DNA of 62,000 nucleotides from Vicugna vicugna (Eukaryota), in NCBI GenBank assembly GCA_013265495.1, contig MU058781.1:5147050-5209049 (forward strand). Direction: 5' to 3'. The position numbers and the translations under genes were made by a program. Positions 26,218-39,007 of this stretch are shown in pieces (within the stretch, counting starts at the first letter, position 1; every line of letters starts with the position of its first letter). Under the pieces are notes generated by a model, which was not told the origin of the DNA, did no database searches, and saw only the letters and a program-made list of their open reading frames with translations.

Positions 26218-27110
26218 GTATTTTTTTTTAGTGAGGTAAAATTCACATAATATAGAATTTACCATTTAAAAGTATACAATTTAGCAGCGTGAAGTACATT
26301 CACAATCTGTCACCTCTAACTAGTTGAAGAACACTGTCATCACCCCAAAAGGAAATCCTGTACCCAGTAAGCAGTCTCCTCCTCCCTCTTCTCCCCAGTC
26401 CTCAGCCCCTAGCAACCACAATCTGCTTTCTGTCTCTATGGATCTTTCTTATTCTGGCTATTTCATGTAAATGGAATCATACAATAGATGACCTTTTAAG
26501 TCTGGCTTCTATCACTTAGCATAATGTTTTTGAGGTTCATCCATGATATGGCATGTGTCAGTACTTCATTCCTTTTTTTGGCTGAGTAATATTCTATTAT
26601 ATGGATATACCACAATTTGCTTATACATTTACCAGTTGATAGACATCTGGTTTGTTTCTACCTTTTGGCTATTATGAATAGTGCTGCTATAAGCACTGTT
26701 TTCCAATTTTTTGGAGGTATATGCCTAGGAGTGGAATTGCTGGATTAAATACAGTTGACCCTTGAACAGCATGAGTGTTGGGGCATGGAGCCTCTTCTTA
26801 GTTGAAATTCTGAGTTAAACTTACAGTCGGTCCTCCATACCTGAGGTTCCTCTACATCCACACTTCCACATCTGAGATTCAGCCAACAGCAGATCATACA
26901 GTACTATAGTATTTACTACCAAAAAAAAAAAAAATCTGCATATTAGTGGAGCCTTGCTGTTTCAACCTGTGTTGTTCGAGGGTCACCTGAAGTAACACTA
27001 TGTTTAACATTTTGAGGAACTACTAAATGATTTTCATAGGGACTGCATCATTTTACATTCCTATCAGCAAAGCACAAGGATTCCAATTTCTCTCTGTCCT
27101 CACCAACATG
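26218..27110 (-). mobile_element. LINE-1 (L1MB-type) 3' end, interrupted by a Tigger MITE
   Basis: T-rich start, gaggtaaaattcacataa, atggaatcatacaata, ggagtggaattgctgg; L1 resumes at ~26990 (gtaacactatgtttaacattttgaggaact). Confidence 0.8.
26752..26989. mobile_element. MER8-like Tigger (Tc1/mariner) MITE, 238 bp
   Basis: TIRs CAGTTGACCCTTGAACA ... TGTTCGAGGGTCACCTG; preceded by TA. Confidence 0.85.
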
Positions 27111-28391
27111 ATTAAATATATTTTCAAGAACAGTTTTTTTTGAAATTGTTAAACGGAAGTTATGAAAGTTTAAATTTTCAGAACTTTTTTGAGGGCATTT
27201 AGACACACTGCTTGGATTTTAAAACTGTTGCCCATGCAGGGTTAACAAGCACTTCCTTGCAGTCAGAGCACCTGGTTATTCTGGGAGCCTCACGTGTTTG
27301 ACTTCTCTTTTAAGGCAACTCCCCCTCCCCCGCCACGACCTTGCTCCCTCCATGGTGTGGAACATTCCCATTTCCATCTGGGACATTACTTCCCTGTTTT
27401 CTCCCTGTAGCGCACACACACACAAAATCTTCCTCCCCTCCCTCTCCCAGTAATTCCTACCCAACCTCCCAGTCTCAGTCATATGCCAGCCAGGAAGAAA
27501 AGCCATCAGAGGAGTTAACACCTGCCCCAAACTTCCCCAGTCTAGTCTGACACTCTCTAAGGAAACTTCCCAAAGCTCACCTGAGCACGGCGAACACTGA
27601 TTCTCTCCTCTGTATTCCTGCTACTCCAGGTCCCAGGCCAACCCGCTCCTGTTATGAACAGCTAGCAGTTTTTCACTCAAGCAGATTGCCTACGTCTTAC
27701 CAGAAATCGTGTGATCCTGGTGTGGTGAAAAGGACACTGAATTAGGTGGCAGAATATCTGGGTTCTAGGCCCTGCCTATCACCTAAGACCCTCATTCCTT
27801 TCAACGTTTCCCACTCAATTCCTCTTATGTGCCAGGTACTCAATTATGGGAACAGATCGCTTATTCTGCCTAGGTCTCAAATCTGTATTATGGAGAAAAT
27901 GCCTAATTTTCCTGGAAAGTGATCATCTTTGACATCCATTCCAATGAAAATCATTCTTTGATTATGAATTGAAAGCCTGCCATCATGCGTTGGAACAGCG
28001 GTTCCTAGAAGTAGAGATATAACCAATGAATAAAAATTTCCAAAAAATTCAGATGATGATGTGGGACATTAAAAGAAAAATTACCATTTACTATCATTAT
28101 CATTTTATAAAGCACTCCAAATTTGGCAGAGCAAAAATTCCAGAACTAAAGTTAATCCTTAAATGCATTTTTGCTTTGTGTATTAACTTTATTTTTCTAA
28201 TTTCTAGAGAACTAGCTCAGAGAAGAGGCGCCCACAGAGGTGGAAGTCCAATGTCTCAGCCACATCTCAACAAAATGTGCTCTCTGAACTGTTTCTCCTT
28301 TGTCTCCCTCATTACTTCTTTATTTACTTGGAACTCAAAAAGTTCTCACTCCTGTGGGAGAGAAACATTTTTGGAGAGAAACCAGCATTTG

Positions 28392-28409
28392 CAGCCACTA
28401 GAGGGCAGA
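28392..28409 (+). promoter_or_regulatory. Candidate CTCF binding site
   Basis: CAGCCACTAGAGGGCAG matches the CTCF core consensus CCASYAGRKGGCRS. Confidence 0.5.
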
Positions 28410-28989
28410 CCTCAGCCTGAGGATGCAGTTTCCTAGGATGTAGTACCAGCCACCTCATTGCATCTTGTCTGTGTGTCCCCAGAAGGGGCCGCTGCTCCCT
28501 TAAGTTGCCTAACACCTGACCACTCCTGTCGCCAGCTCCACAGCTCCTGGTAGTTAGTTCCTCATTTGAGCTGGTAAGGAAAGTCTACCTTATTTCAGAG
28601 ATAAAGTTGCGAGGGGCATCTTATCTTCTTCAAAACACTGCCCTGAATCAGAAGTCCAGAAGGAGTTTTCTTCTTCGGAATTAAGTTCTGTAACTTGAAT
28701 TCATCGCTGGCATAAAAAAGATTTATAAAGTCCTTCAGAAGTGTTGTATTATTCTGAGCATTGGACTAGAAAAGACTAACCAGATGCTGGCCGATCAAGG
28801 TTGAGTGGCCTATCAAAAGATGCTGGGGGAAATTCTCCTGCTATCAGTCAATTTCTTCAGGGATAGCAGGGTCATACCATTCCTTCCCTTTTTGTAAAAA
28901 GACAGGCATGATATCAGCTTTTGAATTTTCTTAGGATTCTTATCACTATTTTATTATTATTTTAAAACTCAATCTCTGTTTTCTCCATT

Positions 28990-29285
28990 CATTTTCTACC
29001 TTGACAATTGAAATTTTTCCAAAGTAAAGTTGATGTTACAAACATGAAATGTCACTAGAAACCTGAACACCAGAAGCAGCCCTCCTGCTCTCCCTCTTCC
29101 CACACTCCACCCCTGGTTCTGCAACTCAGAGGCGACCATTTGGAATTCTGAGCTGTCAGTGTTTTCAGGATTTCTTGGGGTCCCCTGCCTATCTCCAAGT
29201 AATGTGCTTATGCTATTATTTCTTGGTTTATCAAGTCTAGATGTTAGCAATTGAATTTCTCTTATAATAGATGAGAATTTAGATT
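28990..29285 (-). mobile_element. Possible HAL1/old L1 fragment
   Basis: taatgtgcttatgctattatttcttggtttatcaa...gatgagaatttag resembles HAL1. Confidence 0.4.
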
Positions 29286-29542
29286 TCTTGAGGAAGCCTC
29301 TCATGATCCTGGTTTTGAAGATGAGAGAAGCACAGCTCAGGAAGTTTAAGCGACTTGTTCAAGTTCACATAACCTAAAACTGGTAGGACCTAGGAAATTA
29401 GGACCTGCATCTTCTAAGTTTAGATGCTATGTAACTTCCGCCACCACATTGCGGGGGCCACTGGAAAAGTGCTGATCACCCTCCAGGGTTGTCAGCACCT
29501 GGTATTCAGCTATCAGGATCCATGTAATAAGTCCCCTTAAAA

Positions 29543-29697
29543 GAGAGTTGCCAGATGAAATACAAGATGCCTAGTTAAATTTGAGTTTCAGATAAAAAAC
29601 AAATACTTCTTAAAGTACAAGTGTGTCCTAAATATTGCATGGGCTATACATGGTGAAGTGTTATTTCTGTTTTTATTTGCTAAATCCAGCAGTCCTA
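29543..29697. mobile_element. MER53 hAT MITE, internally deleted, 8-bp TSD CCTTAAAA
   Basis: gttgccagatgaaatacaag...atttgctaaatccagcagtccta; TSD at 29535-29542 and 29698-29705. Confidence 0.85.
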
Positions 29698-30099
29698 CCT
29701 TAAAACTGTAAATCTAGGCTTTCTACTTACTCTGGTTTTAAAACTCTAGAACCATAGACATAGTAAGAGGTCTGTGACCTACCCACGACAAAGGAATTTT
29801 TCTGAGAAAGGCAGACATTATTCATGATTTCCAAACAGATAAAATATAAAACAGGCAAATACATTGTTTACAGATACAGACATATGAAATAAAAAATTTT
29901 TTAAAAAGAAAGCAATTAGTAACACAAAATTCCAAAGAGTGGCTATCTGGGAGGTAGGAGAGATGTTATACAGAGTAGCACACGGGGGCTTCTAAGGTGT
30001 AGTAAACTGCTAGTGTGATGGTGTTTATTTTCTGATGTAATATATTTCTATGCACTGTATGTAAGTCATATTTTATTAAAACGAAAAGAAAATAAAAGC

Positions 30100-30237
30100 A
30101 TGTTTAGATTCTGGAATGAGACAGACAGGTTCTAATCCCAGCTTTAGCCTCTCTGAGCTTTAGTTTCTTCATCTATAAAATGGGAATAATAATACTTAAT
30201 TAGCAAATTGTCACATGATTTAGAAATAATGTATGTA
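30100..30237 (+). mobile_element. MIR SINE split by an L1 insertion (remainder at ~31918-31985)
   Basis: ctctctgagctttagtttcttcatctataaaatgggaataataata MIR core. Confidence 0.75.
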
Positions 30238-31917
30238 CTAAAGCGATCTACAGATTTAACACAATCCCTATCAAATTACCCAGGACATTTTCCACAGAAC
30301 TAGAACAAATTTATATGGAATCACAAAAGGCCCAGAATTGCAAAGCAATACTGAAGAAAAAGAATGAAGCCGGAGGAATAACCCTCCCAGACGCCAGACA
30401 ATACTAAAGAGCTACAGTAATCAGAACAGCATGGTATTGGCATAAAAACAGACATCTGGCTCAACAGAACAGAATAGCGAGCCCAGAAATAAACCTGCAG
30501 ACTTACAGTCAATTAATCTTTGACAGAGGGAAGAATATACAATGGAGAAAAGACAGTCTCTTCAGCAAGTGGTGTTGGGAAAACTGGACAGCCACATGTA
30601 AATCAATAAAATTAGAACACTCCCTCACACTATACACAAAAATAAACTCAAAGTGGCTTAAAAAGTTATAAGACAAAAAACTATAAACCTCCTAGAAGAA
30701 AACATAGGCAAAACATTTTCTGACATAAATCTCAGCAATGTTCTCCTAGGGAAATCTACCCAGGCAATGGAAATAAAAGCAAAAATAAACAAATGGGACC
30801 TAATTAAACTTATAAGCTTTTGCACAGCAAAGGAAACCATAATAAAAACAAAACTACAACCTATGGAATGGGAGAAAATATTTGCAAATGATGTGACCGA
30901 CAAAGTTTTAATTTCCAGAATATGTAAATAGCTCATACAACTTAGTAACAAAAAACAAACAACCCAATCCAAAAGTGGGCAGAAGACCTAAACAAGCAAT
31001 TCTCCAATGAAGACATACAAATGGCCGATAGGCACATGAAAAAATGCTCAGTATTGCTAATAATCAGAGAAGAGCAAATCAAAACTACAATAATGTATGA
31101 CCTGACACTAGTCAGAATGGCCATTATTAAAAAGTCCACAAACAATAAGTGCTGGATAGGGTGTGGAGAAAAGGGAAACCTCCTACACTACTGGTGGGAA
31201 TGAAGTTTGGTGCAGCCATTATGGAAGACAGTATGGAGATTCCTCAAAAAACTAAAAATAGGCTTACCATATGATCCAGCAATCTCACTCTTGGGCATGT
31301 ATCTGGAGGGAACTCAAATTTGAATAGACACATACACCTCAGTGTTCATAGCAGCACTATTTACAACAGCCAAGACATGGAAACAACCTAAATGTCTAAC
31401 AACAGATGACCAGATAAAGAAGCAGTCGTATATTTATACAATGGAATAATACTCAGTCATAAAAAAGAATAAAATAATGCCATTTGCAGCAACATGGATG
31501 GATCTGGAGATCGTCATTCTAAGTGAAGTAAGCCAGAAAGAAAAATACCATATGATATCACTCATATGTGGAATCTAAAAAAATAAAAGGAAGAAAGAAA
31601 AAAGAAGACACTAATGAACTTATCTACAAAACAGAAACAGAGTCACAGACATAGGAAACAAATTCATGGTTACTGGAGGGAAAAGGGGTGGGAAGGGATA
31701 AACTGGGGGTTCGAGATTTGCAAATACTTACTACTATACCTAAAATAGATTAAAAAAAAACAAATTTCTTCTGTATAGCACAGAAACTATATTCAGTATT
31801 TGTAGTAACCTATAATGAAAAAGAATATGAAAATATATGTTTGTATATGTATGAAGCATTATGCTATACACCAGAAATTGACAAATTGTAACTGACTATA
31901 CTTCAATTTAAAAAAAT
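30238..31917 (+). mobile_element. 5'-truncated, relatively young LINE-1 (degenerate ORF2 C-terminus, 3'UTR, A tail) with 16-bp TSD
   Basis: ORF2 remnant [10 protein letters not shown]...[40 protein letters not shown] at 30222-30237 and 31918-31933. Confidence 0.93.
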
Positions 31918-32749
31918 AGAAATAATGTATGTAGCGAACAGTACAGAGTATACCCAGAGTATGTCCTTAGGAGAGGTTATTATCAGTCAAGTCTCTGTGA
32001 GGTGCAGTGGACTGTGCCAGAACTTCTGCATTCTACTGGGTAAACTTTGCCAGAATCGTCTTAGCTTCTGTTCCTGTTGCCTTCTATCTAAACTCTCTCC
32101 CTCTTAGTGTATATTGAAATTCTCAAAACTTACATAAGTTTGAATGTTGAAGTACTTCTTAACAATGAACCTCAGCCCTTTAAGGAGTAGATCTGTGAGC
32201 TAACGAGATGATGTCTGTAACTAGAAGAGTTAAAAAGAAAAGTCAATTTTCTGTTGATGTTAAGGTGTACCTTCAAAGCTCAATGAGAAAAAGTCTGATT
32301 GGTACAGGCAATCATTTCCCATGGACATGCAAAAAGCAGACTATTTTCCTTGACTGTATACTCTTCAAAGTCTTTCCCCGATATTAAAATTATTCTTCCC
32401 AGTAAGTACATTTTCGGCAAAATTCTGAATCGTGATTTTTTGTTTTTGGGTTGTTTTTTTTTTTGGCATTTCCAAGTATATACTTTTTTATTTCATAATA
32501 TATTGAAATATTTTTGGCTTAAAAAAAGGACCAACTGTCCTTAACCAAAGATTTCTCTTTAAGTCATGATTTGATGATAAATAAACAGTGCCCCTTTTAA
32601 AATCAGAGAATCTTCAAATTTAAAATGATAAATGAAGCACTTTTAAGTATCCAGAATTGGCTGAAAGAGGGAATTACCAATTTAGCAGTAAATATTCTAC
32701 AAAAATTTATTTTTATGCATCTTGCATTAAGAATTAAAATGCCTTGGGA

Positions 32750-33480
32750 GTAAAATGTTCAAATTCACTACTAATCCACTAAGAAGTCATTTCACCTTAA
32801 AAATATTAATACTCAATGCTGCCAAAGATACAGTGAAGTAGGCATTCCTGTACTTTGCTAGTGAAGAATAAGTTGGGAACCTCTTCTGGAAAGCAATTTG
32901 CTAGTATGTATTAAAAGCTCTAAATGTGTTTATATTCTTTGACCTTATAATTCTACCAGGACTTTTTCCTTAAAAACTCTCAGTCATGGCCTCAGTCAAC
33001 AGGGAACACCCCTCCCTTCTCAAAGGTCTGGGTTCTGGTTCATAGATTAAATGTGCATGCATTCTTATCAAGTATTTCTGATAAAGGTGAAAAAGTAAGC
33101 CATCTAAATGTTCATCAATAGGGAATGAAGTAAGTTATTGTGCACTCACATTGTGGAGGATAAACCCATTTACCAAGATTTTTATGAAAAGGGAAAATGT
33201 TTTACATATGCTTGTTAACAAGTTTATGTTAAATGAAAAAAGCAGTATCAAGGGTACAAAATTCTCTCACCTATGCAAAATATACATTTATAAAAATATA
33301 GGAATAAAATAAACCAAAGTACTAACAAGTGATAAGTTCTAGATTGTGGAACTGTATATAATTTTTATTTTATTTATATTTTTGTCTATTTTCCAAATTT
33401 TCTACAATGAGCAGTATTACCATTATAATAAAATATATTTAATAATAAAATAAAATAATAAAATAAAAAATACATTTTTA
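32750..33480 (+). mobile_element. Ancient LINE-1 (L1ME-type) 3' fragment
   Basis: ttctggaaagcaatttg, ctaaatgttcatcaataggg, ttttccaaattttctacaatgagca, A-rich tail. Confidence 0.6.
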
Positions 33481-34388
33481 AAACTGCCAAGATGGCGGTA
33501 TATTTCTACATGGGTTATGAGCTGACTCTTGTGCAGGGAGAGAGAAACCTAAGGACACAAGTATGATATACCATTTTCAGTTCCTGAAAGCAGGGATAAA
33601 ATGGCATTTTCTCAGAAAGGATTTGTGCAGCTTACATTACTATTAAATTGTATCATTTCACTATATTTAGAGAACTCCAATATGTGGGTTAAACAAAAGT
33701 CATGTTTTCATATTGGTATATGAAATGACACAAATCTCCAGTCCCTTGGGAGAATATGTAATTTGTAATGCCTATTATTTTTACATTATTAACCCATCTC
33801 TGTTAATAAGCTCTATAATTATTAAGCAGAAAGCATAATGAAGTTGGCTGATTACAAAGGCAGGAGAAGCCAAGTGTTTCAAACCCTCTGACATTTTCTG
33901 GTGATAGCCATTCACTAGAACACTGTTATTTTACAGTAATTTTCCTGAGAAAGGAGTATGTTTACAGAGCATTAATTGATGAGTTTATACTGCTTAAGAG
34001 CTTTACATTTCTGAATTTGGGTCTCTCTTCCTCTCTCTCTCTCTCCATCTCCTTCCCTTCCCACCATCCCCCACTGTTCAGAACTTCAAGGTGGGAACAG
34101 GGTAAAGCAGGAATCCACAGCCTAAAATAAAAGTGAAGTTGGACTCAAAGGGCTGAGGTTTGGGGACCCCTAAACCATGCCTCCCTACAGAACCCTTTAC
34201 ATGCGGGGCTCTGTTTGACTTTTAGGGAGTTTTTTGCTGAGTATGACTCCCTCACATTAAGTAAATGATGACTTAACTAGGTTTTGCTATATATGCATTA
34301 CTATTTGAAATGCAATCTAATATTGTTTTTGAGTATCAAAAAAAAAGGAAAAGGCCCTATCTTGTATTCTTAATCCTTTGGAGCTTTT

Positions 34389-34552
34389 CTCTTTTTTTCA
34401 ATTTTAAAGGGACTGAGATGATTTCTTTTTTATTTTGGGGTGGGGGTAATTAGGTTTATTCATTTATTTTAATGGAGGTAGTGGGCACTGAACCCAGGAC
34501 CTCATGCATGTTAAGCACTCACTCTACCACTGAGCTATACCTTCCCCCTCAG
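34389..34552 (-). mobile_element. tRNA-Ala-derived SINE (camelid vic-1 type) with 15-bp TSD
   Basis: Reverse strand reads GGGGAAGGTATAGCTCAGTGGTAGAGTGAGTGCTTAACATGCATGAGGTCCTGGGTTCAG; TSD TCCTTTGGAGCTTTT at 34374-34388 and 34553-34567. Confidence 0.9.
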
Positions 34553-35046
34553 TCCTTTGGAGCTTTTTGTTTTGAAAACAATCAAATCAACTATGTGTAG
34601 ACCCTTTATGAGTTTCTTATTCCTTATTTCTTTACATAGAACTCACATGCAATAGTGGACTTCATGGCATCTCTTCCCAAATATTGGTAAAAAGTCATTT
34701 CAGAATTAATCCATTATTTCTTACATCATGGCCCACAACAGTCATAATTTTTAGCTACCATTAAATCTGGACCCAAAGAGTTGAACATTTCAAAATTAAT
34801 TCTAAATAAATAACCCACACTTGCGTCAATTCCTCAGACATGAATTCACCTTGTTAAGCTTTAAAGTGTGAATGTAACAGTAGTAACTCTTTGCTGTTTT
34901 TAAATTAATAGCTTACTTGACCAATATGCTCCACTGAGTGACATTCCAAAGGATTTGGGGGACAAACATAAAACAAGGGTCATTTTTATGGAGATAAGAA
35001 AAGGAGGGAGGGATACAGCCAAGAAATCTATGTTACTATAATTCAT

Positions 35047-35128
35047 GTATGTGTGTGTGTGTGTGTTTATGTGTGTGTGTGTGTATATGTATGTGTGTAT
35101 ATATGTGTATATATACATATATATATAT
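35047..35128 (+). repeat. Compound (TG)n/(TA)n microsatellite
   Basis: Seen directly. Confidence 0.9.
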
Positions 35129-35231
35129 AAACTTCACTCAAGTAGGAATTATTTTGAGAAGAACAGTTGGAATTTAAGTGCTGCCACTGTGTTATTAAGC
35201 TAGTGTCTTTTAGCTTCAACCCACATTTATT

Positions 35232-35565
35232 ATTTTTTTTTTAAATTGAAGTATAGTTGATGTACAATCTTAGTTTGGGGTGTACAACAGTGTAACACAG
35301 TGATACAATCAAATACATCACAAAATGATCACCATGAGAAGTCCAGTAACCATCTGTCACCAAAATTATGACTATTATTGACTATATTCCTTACACTGTA
35401 TATTATTACATCCCTATGGCCTATTTATTTTGTAATTGGAGTTTGCAACTCCTAATCCCCTCTACCTATTTCATCCAACCTCCCACCCCCCAACCCCCTC
35501 CCTTCTGGCAACCACGAGTTTGCTCTCTGTATCTGTTTGTTTCAGTTTTGTTTGTTTATTCTACT
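35232..35565 (-). mobile_element. LINE-1 3' end fragment
   Basis: poly-T followed by aattgaagtatagttgatgtacaat...ctggcaaccac...tgctctctgtatct. Confidence 0.75.
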
Positions 35566-35569
35566 TTGT

Positions 35570-36209
35570 GATGCTGTGACTGCAAACCACTTTCTCCTTT
35601 ACTGGCTGGCTCCTTTAGGCTCTGCCAGTTGGGCACCAGAGGGAGACTGTGAGGCTGGAGGAGGAAGAAGAGATGCTCTCTTTCCTGTTTGCTTCCTGCT
35701 TTTGTCAGTGTCGCCTTAGCAACACTACTTCACTCTAGCAGCAGCAGCTCCTTCTAGAAGCAGCAATTGATTCCAGGCGATTCCAGTTTACTGATTTTCT
35801 AAACCTTGGAGAACTAGCCTTATGATGCACTTTTAGAGACATGACCTCCATGAACAGGGAGCCCCTCTCCCTTCCTTATAGGTCTGGATCCCAGTTCCCT
35901 GGGGACCCTCTCCTGAGTTTCTGAGGCATCTGTATTATCTGAACAGCTGCCCCTCCTCCGAGGTCTGAATTCCAGTCTGTGGGCCCATGCTCCAAGCTCC
36001 TGAGTTTAAACAGTTCTGACCTTTTTGTTTCATTCCTCAGTCCTAGGGGTAGGAGCTGCATCCTGTGGACGCCATCTCTGTGATACCTGACTGTTCCTTT
36101 TTTGCCTTTTTGGTTCCCCAGTATCTGGTTAGCAATCCTTTATGTTACATTTTCTCTGTTAAAATAACTGGTGTGACTTCTGTCTTCTTCCTGGATCCTG
36201 TCTGATACA
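35570..36209 (+). mobile_element. ERVL-type solo LTR (LTR33-like)
   Basis: ggctctgccagttgggcaccagagggagactg, ctctgttaaaataactggtgtg, ends in TGATACA. Confidence 0.65.
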
Positions 36210-36679
36210 GCTTCCTAAAACAATAAAGACTGGGGGAAAAGTTATCCTCATGAAATACATAGGGCTGGTTGCTCATTGCTTCCTGCAGATAAGAGAAAAA
36301 AAATTACTGCTTTTGTTTCTAGCTCAGAAGACTTTTCCTAAAGCTCAACTGACTGGGCCATATAGAAACTAATTAAAACACACATATTTAAACAGATATA
36401 TAGCTGATTTTAAAAACATACATGTAAAATTTTCTCCTTGCTTTCATAAAAGCTTTTTGTAGAAATTCCTAATCCTGTAAATCATGTGATGCATCCAGGC
36501 ATCTATGAGATTCCAATAATGTGTTACAAATACAATGTTTATGTGCACAAACACAGTCTCATTGGCTCCATCTTTAAAATACAATGAGTTAAACAGAAAA
36601 ATTAAGTCAGCTGTTTTCTCATATATGACTCAAGTTCAATCTGTTGAAATACGTTGTTTTTGTGATATGCTTGAAAAAA

Positions 36680-36858
36680 ATAGCCACATATCAATATATA
36701 GTTTGAAATGGGAACAGTATTTCAATAGTCTTTTCAAATAACTGTGAATATTCTTTTTCACTATTACACAAAAACTTGAGAAGTCATAGTTTCTTTTTTT
36801 TAAGTAATAGTTTCTTAAAGGTTAGTTGCAATGTTCAATCTGAAAACATCAATAAACT
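36680..36858 (-). mobile_element. Charlie1 hAT DNA transposon, left fragment
   Basis: tagtttcttaaaggttagttgcaatg...atcaataaact; sequence appears to continue at 39008. Confidence 0.7.
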
Positions 36859-37122
36859 TAAATTTTTTTACAGACTTGTTGAGATATAACCAACATACAA
36901 TAAGTTACACATATTTAAAATGTACAATTTAATGAGTTTTGACATATGGATACATTCATGTATACATTACTAAAGTTAAGATACTAAAAAATTATTACCC
37001 CTAAAAGTGTCTTTGTGCCTCTGTGTATGTAGTCCATTCCTCCTTTCTAAATCTCCCAAATCATTCCCAAGCAATTACTGATGTTTTTGTCACAATGGAT
37101 TGCTTTGCATTTTTAAATAAAA

Positions 37123-37650
37123 ACACTACTCAAAAGAAATGTAACATGAGCTACAAATGTGAGCCACATATACAACTGTAAATTTTCTAGTAGCATATTT
37201 CATTTAACACAATATATCAAAATATTATTTTGCCATGTAATCAAAGTAAAATTATTGAGATACTGCCACAGACTGAATGTTTGTGTCCCCTCCAAAATTC
37301 GTATGTTGAAACCCAATCCCCAGTGTGGTGGTGTTTGAAGGTGGGGTTTTTGGGAGGTAATTATGTCATGAGAGTGGAGCCCTCATGAGTGGGATTAGTT
37401 GCCTTTAAAAGAGATCCCAGAGTGAGAATACAGAGAGAAGATGGCCATCTATGAAGCAGGAGGCAGGACTTCACGAGACATGGAACCTGCCGGTACCTTG
37501 ATTCTGGACTTTCCAGTCTTCAGAACTGCGAGAAATAAATTTGTTGTTTACAAGCCATCCAGTCTGTGGCATCTCTCAATTTGAACTAGTAACATTTCAA
37601 GAGCTCAACAGCCATATGTGGTTAGTAGATACCACATTTGACAGTAAAGG
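37123..37650. mobile_element. MER33 hAT MITE (37123-37262 and 37573-37650), split by MLT1A
   Basis: gagccacata...aaattttctagtag and acatttcaagagctcaacagccatatgtggttagt motifs. Confidence 0.7.
37264..37572 (+). mobile_element. MaLR solo LTR (MLT1A/MLT1A0-like)
   Basis: gactgaatgtttgtgtcccctccaaaattcgtatgttgaa...gagccctcatgagtgggattag...cagaactgcgagaaataaatt. Confidence 0.85.
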
Positions 37651-39007
37651 TCTAGAACTGTATCTAAGTGGGATTATAAAGTATGTAGTCATTTCTGGCC
37701 AGCTTCTTTATTCAGCATAATTATGCTGAAATACATCCATGCTTTGGCATGTATGAGTAGTTTTGTTTCTTTTCATTGCTGAGTAGTATTCTTTTGTTTG
37801 GACACGACATTTGTTTATCCTGTCTCTTGCTGATGGGCATTTATTCCCCTAGCCCCTCAAGGTTCTGGCTTTTACAAATAACTCTGCTATGAATTTTAAA
37901 GTTCAAGTCTTTGTGTGGATATATACTCTCATTTCTTTTGTGAAAATATCCCAAAGTGGGATGGCTGGGTCATACAGTATATGCTTAGCTTTTTATAAAA
38001 CTGTCAAACTGTTTTCTTACAGTGGCTGTACCATTTACCATTCCCATAAACAATTTTTGGAAGTTCCCATGTTTTATATCCCCTCTAATACTTGGTATTG
38101 CCAGTCTTTTTAATTTCAGCCATTTTACTGGATGTGTAGTGATATCTCATTGTGGTTTCAATTTTCGTCTCCATAATGACTAATTATGTTGAGCACCTTT
38201 TCATGTATTATTTGCCTTTTGTAGATCTTTTTCAGGCATGTCTGTGCAAACTATTTGTCCATTTTTTATCAGGTAACTTGTCTTCTGATCACTGTAAGAG
38301 CTATTTACATATTCTAGATATCAGTCTTTTCCAAAATACATGTTTTACAAATATTTTCCTCCAATCTATGACTTGTCTTTTCATTTTCTTGGCATTTTGA
38401 AGAGCAAAAGCTTTGAATTTTGATTAATTTATTGACTTTCAAAAAATAGTTTGTGTTTTTCTATGTCCTATTTAAGAAATCTTTGCCAAATTCAAGGTCA
38501 CTAAATTCTCCTATGTATTTCTTTAGAACTTTTGTAGTTTTGACTCTAACATTTAAGACAATGATACTCAAATTAAGTTTGAGTTAATTTTTGTATACAT
38601 TATGAGATAAAGATTGAGGTTCCTTTTTTTTTGAAAGGCTATCCAATTGTTCCAAAATCATTTGCTAAAAAGAGTATCTTTAAATTTGGAATTGGTTTGT
38701 CATCTTTGTTAAAAATATTTTGGCCATGTATGTGTAGAATTATTTCCAGAGCCTCTGTTCTGTTCCATCGATCTATCTGTCTCTATACCAACAGCACACT
38801 ATCCTGATTACTATAGCGCAATCTTAAGTCTTGAAGTCGGCTGGAAAGTTCTTCAGCTTCTTTTTCAAAGTGCTTTGGCTACTCTAGTTTCTTTGCATTT
38901 CCATACAAATTTTAGAATTAGTTTGTCAAGTTTTATAAAAAATAAAGCCTATTGGGATTTTGACTGATACCACACTGATTCTATTATAAGTCCATTTCAA
39001 TGATAGT

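Larger units (their letters stand above)
36860..39005 (-). mobile_element. Old LINE-1 (L1MC/L1MD-type) inserted into Charlie1, itself interrupted by MER33
   Basis: ttgagatataa, tgtacaatttaatgagttttgac, gatggctgggtcata, ttgagcaccttttcatgt, tccaattgttcc. Confidence 0.8.

Noticed and set aside
30238..31917. L1 ORF2 as a functional CDS
   Set aside because: 5'-truncated with multiple stops and frameshifts
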